Source: Octopus vulgaris (Eukaryota). Taken from it: 64,000 nucleotides of DNA. The notes below the pieces were generated by a model, which had not been told where the DNA came from, searched no databases, and saw only the letters and a program-made list of their open reading frames with translations. Below, in pieces: positions 13,501 through 25,392 of the stretch. How positions within the stretch are numbered: position 1 is the first letter of the stretch; every line of letters begins with the position of its first letter. The translations under genes were made by a program, and so were the position numbers. The stretch covers positions 79,112,001-79,176,000 of the forward strand of contig OX597826.1 of NCBI GenBank assembly GCA_951406725.2, written 5' to 3'.

Positions 13501-14594
13501 TCTTAAAACAACTACAAACTTCTGTTCCATCATTCATTAGACATCTAACTTTTCCTTTCTCTCTGTTAGTTTAAGGTTGTGGGATTGTGTGTGTGTGTGT
13601 GTGGTGGGGGTTGTCAAATCATATAAACTCGTTTCAGTTCCTTTTTTTTTTTTTTTTTTAATGCTCTTTTACCTCGCCAACTCAATTATAACTTCATGGT
13701 TTAGACTAAATCTTCTTCTCTCGATCTCTTTTTCTTCCCTGATTTGTTTGTTTATTTTCTAAGAGTATTGTTTGTGGCATAATTTCAACCCCCTCCCAAC
13801 ACTATCTGCACCCCCTCTACTTCGCCCCCAGCCACACTGTCTTGAGAGTTTTGAAGTTAGGTGACTTTTATTTAAGAGAGAGAGTATGGATTGAGAGAGA
13901 GTGTGGATTGAGAGAGAGATAGAGAGAATGGATTGAGAGAGAGAGAGAGAATGGGAGTGAGAGAGAGAATTATTTTTTTTTCTTTAACTTAATTTTAAAT
14001 TCAGTATTCTTATTTTAAAACTTTGTAGCTGTCAGTTATTTTCAAATTAAGCGTTATAAAATTCTAATAAGGCTATATTAAAATTAGTGTACAACACATC
14101 TAACATCGCTTGATACAAACTTACACTCTGGCAGAAGTGTACCTTCCTCATCATTCGTTAAACAACTCCAATCGAGATACACACAACAAGCAAGGTTTTT
14201 ATGCATAAACAAACTACTGAGACTATGGTCCGAGAAAGGGAGTTTGGTTGTGATCTAAGGTTGCTTGAAACAGTTGATACCTCTCACTTGCAAATGTATT
14301 CATGTTCGGGGTAGGGTTTTTTTTTTTATTCTAAGTTCTTGAAGGTTCTAACTTTTGTTATGCAAATAATTTGAGTAGTAGAATGAATTTTATTCCAGAA
14401 GGAAGAAGAAATTTACCGTTTCAAGCAGAATCCTTTGTGCCAAGAATGGCAAATCCCGGGACCCAGTCTGGCAATGTTTCTGTTATTTTGTGTCCTTAAT
14501 ATCTAAATATTGTGCAGGGTGACGGCGCTGAGCAATGGTGTGTATGAATACAAACTTGTTACCAGTTCAAATACACTTGAAGCATATTTGAACC

Positions 14595-14940
14595 TACAGT
14601 TCTATATTTAAAAGATGAGGAATTATGTACTTTATTTACATTATTTACATTTGATGGATATTTGTTCTCATCTTCCTTATTGTTAACACAACGTTTTGGC
14701 TGGTATACCCTCCAGCCTTCATCAGGTGCCTTGGGGAAATTTCAAACCTGGGTTGTCATTCCTAAGGTATTTTTTGATGCTATTATTATTATTCAGGTCA
14801 CTGCCCAGAATCGAACTCGGAATCTTGGGGTTAGTAGCCCATGCTCTTAACCACTACTCGCTCTTACCCATGGACGTATGGCATAGTGGTTAAGAGTGTA
14901 GGCTACTAACCCCAAGATTCCGAGTTCGATTCCAGGCAGT

Positions 14941-14976
<36 letters not shown>

Positions 14977-15120
14977 CAACATCAAAAATACCTTAGGAAT
15001 GAGAACCCAGGTTTGAAATTTCCCCAAGACACCTGATGAAGGCTGGAGAGTATATCAGCTGAAATGTTGTGTTAACAACAAACAAGATGAGGACAAATAT
15101 CTGTTAAATGTAAATAATGT
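14595..15120 (-). mobile_element. Fold-back hammerhead/tRNA-module retroelement, copy 2 (near-complete palindrome, two divergent tRNA modules)
   Basis: Tail on the left (14595-14625). tRNA modules at ~14796-14857(-) and ~14873-14942(+). Hammerheads at 14685-14730(-) and 15028-15073(+). Probable diverged TSD ATATTTGAACCT (14584) / ATATTTAAGCCT (15121). Confidence 0.85.
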
Positions 15121-17433
15121 ATATTTAAGCCTGTAAGAAAATCAGTCACAGTATTCTGTGTTGGAGAAAAGTTCTTGCCGTAGACAAACAAGTGTCCCGT
15201 GATTTATTTCTGGCAGGCCACTGAATAGAACAACCAATTATTGAATGATGATGGGAATATCAGAAGAGGGGCCTGCCTTTCATGTCAGTTTACAGCATCT
15301 GCTTCTCCGGTCACTGGGGCTAAAGAGGAGATAACCCACTCCAAAATGCATGCATCCAACTGTCTGGTTAGGGGGCGCTGCAAACTGACTTGATGTATTT
15401 TCACCTATTTGCTTGCAGTGAGAAATTTTCTCCATAACAGAATATAGCGAATGAATGACTTTCTTTTGGGTTCAAATACGCCTCAAGGATGTGGATTGGA
15501 ATATGTTTGAGTGGTTTCAAATCCGAAAAGGCACATTGTTCACTTGATGCCCCTACACATATTCCTTTTAGTAAATGTTTGAATTTGTAGGACTCTTTAC
15601 TCTTTTACTATCAAAATCCCAACAGTTTTTTTTTTAATGCATTGTTTGTGGGGTGGGGTGAAATGGTTGTTTAAGCTATTCAGGTTTGGGCTTCAATTGG
15701 AGCACTGACACCCCAACCAATAAATAGATAAAACAACAAACTATGCAAAAAAAGTAAAAAAAGGTTGGTTTTTTTTTTACCAAAAAAATAAAAAGAATGT
15801 CAAAAATGTTAAATTAATGGTAGTTTGGTGCTAGACTTAAGAGGTGAATCATTGAATAATTTTTTTTTCTTTCAAAATCAGCCAGTAAAGTTTCTGGTTC
15901 AAACAGAAAAAAAGCTGAGTACAACTTAAAAAGAAAATAAAAAAAGAAAGGAAGAAAGAAAGAAAAGCACTAACAACAACAACAAAATGATTCATTTACA
16001 AAGCAGGTGTTGGTTCTAGTTTCTGAGAGTTTTCTTGATAAATGCCAAGAGTTAGAGACCTAAGGTAGCTTCAGGTAACTCTTAGATCTAAATGGCAATT
16101 AGTCTGCCAAAATTGGAAGATTTGTGTGCTTGTATGTATGAATGCATGTATGTATGTTTATGTGTGTATATTTGTGTGTGCGACTGTTTGTGTATGTGTG
16201 TGAAAAAAAAACCTTCATTTTTGTTTCCTTTTTTTTGTTTTGTTGGTGATTCTGGCTGCAGCAGAAGATTGGACTCGGTAAACTTCATTGAATTATGTGA
16301 GTTTTAGACCTGATGACTATAAATCATAATTTGCAGAATGGCCAGAAATTGAAATCACAACCTTTTGGTTGCCATGATCGATGTGAGGTTACTGACTGAA
16401 CATCGCCCACCTTCCTCTTGTCCTTTCTTTTCCCTCTCCATGTGTTATACGCAATACTATACGTAGTGTCTGTGTCTATGACTACAGAGATGAACTGTCT
16501 GTCTATTTGCATAACTGTTAGCCTTTTACAAGGTGGATGCCCCAGCGTGGCCTTAGCTGTGATAGCAAAGCAAAGAACTCGGTTATTGCTGAAATTCTAT
16601 CTCCCAAGATAACTGGAACCAAAACAAAGATGTTTGTTGAGTTTGATTCTCTCTGGAACTGGTGAAGGTGCATAGTTTAGTGGTTAGGGTATTTGGTTCA
16701 TGAATGTGAGGTCAGGAGTTCAATATCCACCAGTGTATTACGTCCTTGAGCAAGACACTTTATTTCATGTTGTCCACTCCACTCAGCTTGCAAAGATGAG
16801 TGGTCCCTGTATTTCAAAGGGCCAGGCCTTGAAATACAGGGACCACTCAATCCGTGTTGTGCTGAATCTCCCTGAGAACTACGTTAAGGGCATGCATGTC
16901 TCTAGAGTGCTCAACCACTTGCATGTTAATTTAATGAGCAAGCTGTTCCCTTGATTGGATCAGCTGGAACCCTCATTGTTGTAACCAACAGAGTGCCAGT
17001 GTTTCTCTCTAGAACCATAAGACCCTTAAGCCAAAGCTGGAGGGGAGAGTTCTGAAGGCATTTTTAACAATAGTCTGTATGATCCTTAAACGATGAACAC
17101 AAGGACCTTTCAACAGGGAGTAGGGAGTAGAACTGATAGTCTTCATCTTCATCGGTAATTTCCCCTAAGGGTCACTAATCCATGCAAATTCCTAAAAGAG
17201 ATACATACTAAGAATAAACCATTGTCAAAATATGGGGACAAGAGGCATTGTTAAATGCCGTTTTCTTGAAGGGAATCCTGAGCTACAAGTGGTGGAGGAA
17301 TGCTGCTGTATGCAGATAGAACATAGACTCTATTCTTTTTATGTATCATATAGCTTTTTTATGTTCCCTGCCCCTCAAAAAAATGAACAAACCAATCATC
17401 ATCATCATCATTTAGCGTCCGTTTTCCATGCTA

Positions 17434-17471
<38 letters not shown>

Positions 17472-17475
<4 letters not shown>

Positions 17476-17696
17476 GTTAAAGAGGACAACAAACATTAAG
17501 GCAAGGCAAACATCTAAAGTCATATACATTATTATTATTGGGAAAAATTCAAAGTCTTACAGCTGTTTCTGGGACATTCCATCATCAGAGACAGATAGGG
17601 AAAATGAGAAGGGTATAGATTAATGAAATGATGACATAATGTATATGACTTGAGATGTTTGCCTTGCCTTAACGTTTGTTCTCCTCTTTAACAATT
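17472..17696. mobile_element. Fold-back element with ~60-bp inverted arms enclosing a hammerhead, next to (TA)n
   Basis: 17472-17531 is the reverse complement of 17637-17696 with few mismatches. Confidence 0.75.
17554..17592 (-). ncRNA. Minimal type I hammerhead ribozyme motif (intact core)
   Basis: Minus strand GTCT-CTGATGA-TGGAATGTCCCA-GAAAC-AGCT-GTA^AGAC. Stem I GTCT/AGAC, stem II TGG/CCA, palindromic stem III ACAGCTGT, GUA cleavage triplet. Confidence 0.8.
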
Positions 17697-19142
17697 ACAT
17701 GTCCACTATATCAGAAATCTGCAAGGGCTCCATAAATACCATCTCGGCTATAACCTTGGAGCCCTAGTAATCTGTTACACCTATTACCTAGCTTACCTAA
17801 TCATTTAGACCACCTGTGAACTAAACCCCCATATTGTGTGTGTGTGGGTGTGTGTGTATTAAACAAACAACTCAATGGATGGTGACTTTGGAGTTTTGGC
17901 CAGCTAAGTCATTGTCACACTGCAGTCCGATGATGGTTTAGCTGGGTGAAACTCCGAAGTCACTGTCAATAGTATTCATGTTTAAGAATAATAAATCCGT
18001 ACTCTACAGAAGCAGAGTGTAACTCATCACATTGAGGTAAAATTGTTTCTATTATAACTGGACATAAGACTAAACAGTTATGTGTGTGTTTATATATGTT
18101 TGTATATGTGTAAATATATGTCTTACATTAGATGCGCGCGCGTGTGTGTGTGTATATATATATATATAGTAACAGTACCTGACCTTGTCTGGGTTTATTA
18201 ATACCCAAAATAAATATAATCCCATGTATTCACTATATTTTGGGTAAATTGCTTTAAATAGATGCTGACAATCTTCATCTGGTCTGAGAATGTTGATTCT
18301 CTCTGAATTGTTGCGTTCAGCCTCTCCTATCAAAAGATGGTTCAAGTTGAGATGCACAAAATAGCACAAATGCTTAAATATAGAACCTAAAATAAAATGT
18401 TAATTTTTACATCGTTATTCAAAATTAATTAGTTTTCAAATCAGTAATTATATTTTTGTTAATAGATGCAGACGTGGCTGTATGGTTAAGAAGCTTGCTT
18501 CTCAACCATGTGGTCTTAGGTTCAGTCCCACTGTGCGGAACCTTGGGCAAATGACTTCCACTATTGACCAAAGCCTTGTGAATGGATTTAACAGAGAGAA
18601 ACTGAAAGAAATCCATCATTTGTCTGTCTGTCTGTCTGTATATATGGTGCCATGTTGAAAGCACTCAAGCTGGTGCCATGTAAGAGTTCCCATGTGGTGC
18701 CATGTTAAAAGCTCCCATCTCACACACTGTAAAGTGGTTGGTGTTAGGAAGGGCATCCAGCCATGGCGACCATGCCAAATCAGACTGGAATCTGGTGCAG
18801 CTCTCTGGCTTGCCAGCTCTGGTCAAACCGTCCAACCAATGCCAGCATGCCCAACATGTGGGAAATGCAAGCGCAAGACGGCCCTTCCTGGCAAAGATGC
18901 TCCAACAGAGGTGCCACATGCTGGGAATAGAACAGAAGATCAAGGGAATGAAGAAAACATGAACTACACAAGTTCTGAGCCTATACCTTCCCTTCAGTCC
19001 CAGCAGACTGCCCGTGTCTGACCTATGCCAGAGCCTTCCATGTGATGTCCTTGGTCAGTGTCAACAATGAGGGATGAAATATTACTACTGCTGCTCTCTC
19101 CCTCTCTCTCTTTCATATATATATATATATATATAGCAAAAA

Positions 19143-19180
19143 CTGTCTGATGAACGGCAACGAGAAACTCAGAGTAACAG
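19143..19180 (+). ncRNA. Minimal type I hammerhead motif in a 149-bp insert (19136-19284) within (TA)n
   Basis: CTGT-CTGATGA-aCG-GCAA-CGa-GAAAC-TCAGA-GTA^ACAG. Stem I CTGT/ACAG, short stem II with GCAA loop (A:A mismatch at its base), stem III ACTC/GAGT. Confidence 0.7.
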
Positions 19181-19474
19181 GTTTTGTTGAATTTTCTGCT
19201 GCTTAAAATAAAGCATATTACTCTACCACTGGTATTTGAGTACTCTTTTTTCCACCTTGTTTCACATTTATGTGTTTACTCCGGTATATATATATATATA
19301 GTGGAAAGAAATTCGGGGAGAATGTAAGAGCAGGTGGTCCTCAGAGGTGAAACCTTCTTTAGGCAAGTGTTTCGGCCCTTAACTCCTGACACTCTAGCAG
19401 TTGAATGAATCGACCCAGTACTTATTTTTAAGCCATGTGCTTATTCTGTTGGTCTCAAAATATGAGTGTGTGAG

Positions 19475-19500
<26 letters not shown>

Positions 19501-19505
<5 letters not shown>

Positions 19506-19853
19506 ATAAGATCGTTATTTAAAATACCGATCATATCAAGTGGCTAGCATGGGAATAAAAACCTCATCGGTAATAATTATTATTAAAATTATAATTAAGG
19601 GTATTTAAAAGATACCATCATGCTAGAGATATCAGTCAAAACTTAACTCTAAAACCACATCAAATATTCATACAACACCAGAAGAGAAGCCAGAAATCCG
19701 GGATCTGGAATTATCCAATAATTTTTTTGCTAGTTTATTTTGTCTCTTTGTATTCTCTCCTGGTGATGTATGAACATTTAATGTAGTTTTAGAATCAAGT
19801 TTTGACTGCTGTCTTTAGCATGAAGGTATATTTTAGATACCCTTAATCATAAT
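19501..19853. mobile_element. Unclassified fold-back repeat next to (TA)n; related partial copy at ~25093-25348
   Basis: Arms 19591-19688 and 19753-19850 are reverse complements. The sequence aaatccgggatct.gaattatcca.taatttttt.ctagttt is shared with 25093-25140. Confidence 0.7.
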
Positions 19854-19924
19854 ATGTATACATGGTGGTTGTCTACTCTTGATGCAGAGTTTGACCACCT
19901 CTTGTACTTAAACCTTAAATCCAA

Positions 19925-20078
19925 CATGGCGTCAGATGCACCCACATAGATTGCATATCCAATTTGGACCACCAAGAGCTGCAGTTAAGTTCTGACCTTT
20001 GTGGATCTTGAAATGTCTTTTGAGCCCTCCGTTAGATTTGCAGACCTTCTGGCATACATGGCATTGAAAGGTGTGCAC
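19925..20078 (-). pseudogene. RTE-type LINE 3' zinc-finger fragment
   Basis: HTFQCHVCQKVCKSNGGLKRHFKIH...WICNLCGCI* is an isolated C2H2 finger plus a broken second finger, abutting a SINE and lacking splice context. Confidence 0.5.
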
Positions 20079-20517
20079 AGATATTGGTACTTGGAAACTG
20101 TGTGGAAGCCCATCATATGTATATATTTGTGTGTCTCTGCATTTGCACCCCCCATCTCCATTGCTTGACAACTGGTGCTGGTTTGTTTACATTCCTGTAT
20201 CGTAGTTTCTCTAGAAGTCTGCTGTTTATTCTATCAGTCTCTTTTTTTCAAACCATTAAATACTGCGGTTGACTAAAGCCCTTCTCAGTAGTGCTCCAGC
20301 ATGGCCTCAATCCAACAAGTGAAACAATTAAAAAAATAAAAGGTAATATATATCATTTTATATTTTACTTGTTTCAATCATTGGATTGCAGCCATGCTGG
20401 TGCTGGGGGGGCACCTTCAAGGATTTTAGCAAATCAACCCCAGTACTTATTTTCCTTTAAGCTTGGTACTTTGTCAGCTTCTTTTGTTGTATATATATAT
20501 TGCAGTTCATATTTGAA

Positions 20518-20596
20518 GCTCTGATGATGCTACAGGGGGATACAGAAGCACTCAGCTGTGAGTGCATTGTATCTTATAGCAGAAACAGCTGTGAGC
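20518..20596 (+). ncRNA. Type I hammerhead motif with long stem II (cleavage triplet GUG, probably inactive)
   Basis: GCT-CTGATGA-[TGCTA...GATACA..GCACTCA-gctg-TGAGTGC..TGTATC..TAGCA]-GAAAC-AGCT-GTG-AGC. Confidence 0.65.
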
Positions 20597-21173
20597 CAAT
20601 GGAGTACATGGCATAATTTTTTTATTCCCTTGTCAATTCAATGTCTTATTACTGTTCTGCACTCGACTGGCACTTTGTCCTGGAACATGTATATTGTGTT
20701 CTAACACCAGATTATTAATATGACTATGTCTTAGCAATACACACACACACGATTATATTTCCAATGGCTGTGTAACTATCACCGACGCTCTCTCACTACG
20801 AACATTGATGTTTAAAGACACCAGGAGTTATTTAATATATTTACTTGTATTTATTTATCTTTCTATCTATCTATATATCAGTGCAGTGATGGATCACTCT
20901 ATCTGATTGTGAAAGCCAATATAGTTGGCTGGAAACTCTAGTCCTTTCTTTAATTATCTGTTATCTTGGAGGAAGCATTCTTGGAATCACTTAGCTAAAG
21001 TTACAGTAGAGATGCTACAAGGTGGAGTTAGAGTTCTTTTTTGGTTTGTAGCTTTTGTTCACTGCCATTATCTTTTTTTTTATTTGTGTTTTTTTCTTCT
21101 TTCTTTCTCATGGTTTTGTTCTGTTAAATGCAATGTATTTACTGTCTGATTCTCTGAGTGCTTATATATATTT

Positions 21174-21220
<47 letters not shown>

Positions 21221-24200
21221 GAGCATACACACGCGAGAATGTGATATATAACATACATACACTTGCCTATGGTGCCACACAGTGGGACTGAACCCCAAAC
21301 CATGTGGTTGTGAAGCCATGTCTGTACCTTAGCATATTCAAAGCATTGGCCAGGAACTGAACCCAGGTTGTCCACATAGCAGGCGATTATTCTACCACTG
21401 AGTCTCTCTCTCTCTTTCATATTTATTCCTTTATTGGTAGAATCCATAAAGATAAGTACTTATAGGAACAGCAGCTCTTAGTAGTTCTATGACCAACAGA
21501 TATGGTGTCCTAACAATGCAAAGACTTGTTTTACAGTCTGATGATGTTGTAAATGTCCCAGAAGAGAAATTCTCCTAAAAGACAGACTGAGTGAAAACAC
21601 TGAGCTGGGTGTTGAACGATGTCATGTCATCAAACTGTAGGACATATTATACATGTCCTGTCTCAACAATACCTGTTTCTTATTTCTTTATTGCCCACAA
21701 GGGGCTAAACATAGAGGGGACAAACAAGGACAGGCAAAGGGATTAAGTCGATTACATCGACCCGAGTGCATAACTGGTACTTATTTAATTGACCCCGAAG
21801 GGATGAAATGCAAAGTCGACCTTGGCAGAATTTGAACTCAAAATGTAACGGCCAACAAAATACCGCTAAGCATTTCGTCTGGCGTGCTAATGTTTCTGCT
21901 AGCTCGCCGCCTTTACAATACCCCAATAATACCTGTTTCTGTATTGTTATACCTCAACAGCTGAAGACATCAAAGCTATCATAGCTGATGAAAAGTAACA
22001 ATACAAAAACATGTGTTCTACACTCCAATGATGCCCTTTATAACCCAGCTTGGTGTTGGTAAGCAAGATACCTACCACACAGCCACTCCTGCGCCTATTT
22101 TATCCAGACAAAGTTGTTTTTTTTTTAATTATTTCAAGCAGTGTTTTTGTTCTTCCTTTTCTAAGTCAGTAGTGTGTAAGTTGTGGGAGATTTTGTTTCT
22201 ATTTCCTGGAAAAATGAGATTACATCGAAGATACTTCTATGACATTTGCACAATATATCATAAATATCGTTTTCAAATTTTAGTACAAGACCTGCAATTT
22301 TGAGGTGGGAGTTTAAGCTGGTTACATCAAACCCCAGTGCTCAACTGGTACTTAGTTTATCGACCCTGAAACGATGAAAGGCAAAGTCGACCTCAGTGGA
22401 ATTTGAACTCACAATCTAAAGTTGGACGAAATGCTGCTTAGCATTTTGCCTGGCATGCTAATGATTCTGCCAGTTCCGCTGCCTTGTAATATGTCAGGAA
22501 TATTGATGTGTGAAATAATGTCACTCATTTGTAGAGAATTTGTTGCAGATGTTTGGATTAATATCCCAATATTAGAGTGTTGCTTATTTTATTAGCACCA
22601 CTTCCACCAATTCCACAACAGAAGTAATAAAAGACTAAGTCAGCCCCTCCCCACCACCACCACCCTTGCCTCTAAGTACAGCTGCTCTAACATCAGATGT
22701 AGTTACCTCACCTAGCAATACTACTATTCTGTCCAACTCCACTTTGCCCATTGCCACTGTGGCCTCTACATCTGTATAGAGCCAACAGGGGAGCTTATTA
22801 TATGGTCAGTCAGGTGATCTGTTAGAGATAGCAGCTAAATCTCCCTCAGGTCGTCTTGTAGTGTTTTCAAGAGGTGAAGAACACTTTAGGCAGTAGCAGT
22901 GAACGTGTCTTGTCTCTTCTCGTGATGTGAGATCGAAGATTATGATAACCTTAGTCAAGACTGATTTAAACCACCTTGGTTGGTCCTCTCACTTCTTATG
23001 GGGCTTCTTTCATTTGGGTTTTTTTAGGTCAAGAGAGAAACGAGGCCAGTACATCTGAGAAACAAGTGACTTCAGGGGTTGCCTAGAGTGCCAAAAGCCT
23101 TACTGGAGCCCAGCTCCATTTGTAGGTTGGATGAATGGCCATTGACCCCTTGTTGAGCTCATCTCCTCTTACTGTACAGCTATTGATTTTTGTCCTGTCA
23201 TACTGTCCATCTACCTGAATACCTTAGGGTGAGAACAGTGTGGTTTTCTTGATTTAGTCACTGATGGCCTGAGACCATGAGACAGGTGGTGCTAATTTAC
23301 ATAACCAGTTGCAGAGCATTATTGATTTGACTCATATAAAGGACACTTTGTAGAATGTATCAGAATAATGTCTTTTATATGTCATAGGAGAGTTACAGTG
23401 GGAATACATTAATCCTAGGGCTGTTCAATCAGGGTTGAATAACAACAGGTGTACCTGTCCATACTGTCACACTCAACTATCTCATAGGATTCACCATTGC
23501 ATACTGGAATCTGCAGTTGAGTTCTCAGGTTGGAGAATGCAGAAGAACGTAAGACAAGTGGGTCACACCTGCTCATTTGGTTGACTGTTTGCACACCATA
23601 AGATTTTGCTCCAATAGAACTCACCTGTGGTTATACATCAGCAACATCTTTGATTCTTCAGTTTGGTAGAATTTAAAAAAGGATTTGAGGTGTTTTCTTA
23701 CCTTATTCTCCATAAATGCACATATAACGCTAACCCACCCATCAACATATATACCAACGCATCCACACACAACCTACCTCTACTCAAAAGGCTGTCTGAC
23801 TGATCAACAAAACCCCTTGTCAATCACTAATACACTACAACCATGAGCAAATGGTAAAGCGTCTGTGTAACCATTTGACCTTCTAGAAATAGCTGCTAAA
23901 TCTCTCTGAAATAACACTCTATCATAATAATAATGATAATAATGAAATTATTGTATACAGTGCTCAGGTGCACCACAACTTGTCAAAAGTGCGGATAAAG
24001 AATATGCAGAAAGTGAACAGTGTATGAGTCAGATACATGCTTGCATGTGTATGGAGGAGAGAAAATCAGGTGTAGTGTTGGCGAATCTCAGGAAGCATGG
24101 AAGTTTTGAAAGATGCAGTGCTCCGACAACTAACAACTGATGCCGGCAGTTTGTTCCATACTTCAGCAACTCTTAGCGTGAAAAAATGCAAGAACTTTGC

Positions 24201-25351
24201 TAAGATGCAATATGGTAGGAGATAAATGATATTTGAATGACAGGGTGGTCGTGGCTGGCATGTCTTTTATTAAAGGTATGCTGTAACAGGTCTGGTCTGG
24301 ACCTAACTGCCAACCAACCGTGTCCATGTTCATATGTGTTTGTGTGTCCATATATGTGTGTGCGTCATGATGGTACACACACACACACATACACATATAT
24401 ATATATTAAAAATTACCTGTTAAAGGGTAGTTTTCTCTTGAGTTTATATGTACACTATTTTATAATAAGTATATATATAGATAGATATGTGTATATATAT
24501 ATATATATCTAAATGGAGGCATGTGGCCAAGTGGTTAGTGTATTTGACTCAAGATCTTATGGTCATGAGTTCAATCCCCAGTGGTTCATTGTGTCCTTGA
24601 ACAAGACCCTTTATTCCACATTGCTCCATTCCACTCAGCTGGCAAAAACGAGTTGTACCTGTAATTCAGAGGGGCCAGCTTTGTCATACCCTCTTTGATG
24701 GTGAATCTCTCTGAAAACTACACAAGGGGTACATGTGTCTGTGATGCACTCAACCACTTGCACATAAATTTTATGATCGGGCTGTTCCGTTGATTGGATC
24801 AACTGGAACCCTCATCATCACAACTGATGGAATGTCAGTTTACACACACACACACACACACATTCTTTTATTTGTTTTATTCATTTGACTGCGGCCATGC
24901 TGGAGTACCACCTTAAAGGGTTTTAGTCAAACAAATCGACCCCAGGACTTATTCTTTGTAAGCCTAGTACTTATTCTATCAGTTTTTTTTTTTACCGAAC
25001 CACTAAGTTATGGGACATAAACACACCAACATTAGTTGTCAAGCACAAAGCACAAATACATAAATATATACACATGCATCTATCTCTCTCTCAAATCCGG
25101 GATCTAGAATTATCCAGTAATTTTTTACTAGTTTCATCTTGTCTCCTTGTTTTCTCTCCGTGTTGCTATATGGACAATTAAGGTGGTTTTAGAGTCAGAT
25201 CATGGCTGCTATTTTCAGCATGGTGGTATCTCGTAGATACCCTAATTTATAATTTTAATAATTATTACCTTTGAAGGGTTTTTTTTTTCCATGCTGACCA
25301 CTTGATTAAATCGTTATTTTATTTTTAAATTAACGATCTTATCCTTATTTA

Positions 25352-25392
<41 letters not shown>

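Noticed and set aside
19932-20171. Host C2H2 zinc-finger gene exon
   Set aside because: It is a single finger with a stop in the second, the ORF start derives from a SINE, and it fits an RTE LINE C-terminus better.
21958-22000. CTGAAGA-CATCA...TGATG-AAAAG possible hammerhead
   Set aside because: No GAAAC/GUH stem III or stem I can be formed.
23415-23624. 69-aa non-repetitive minus-strand ORF
   Set aside because: No recognisable motif or splice structure; probably decayed transposon sequence.
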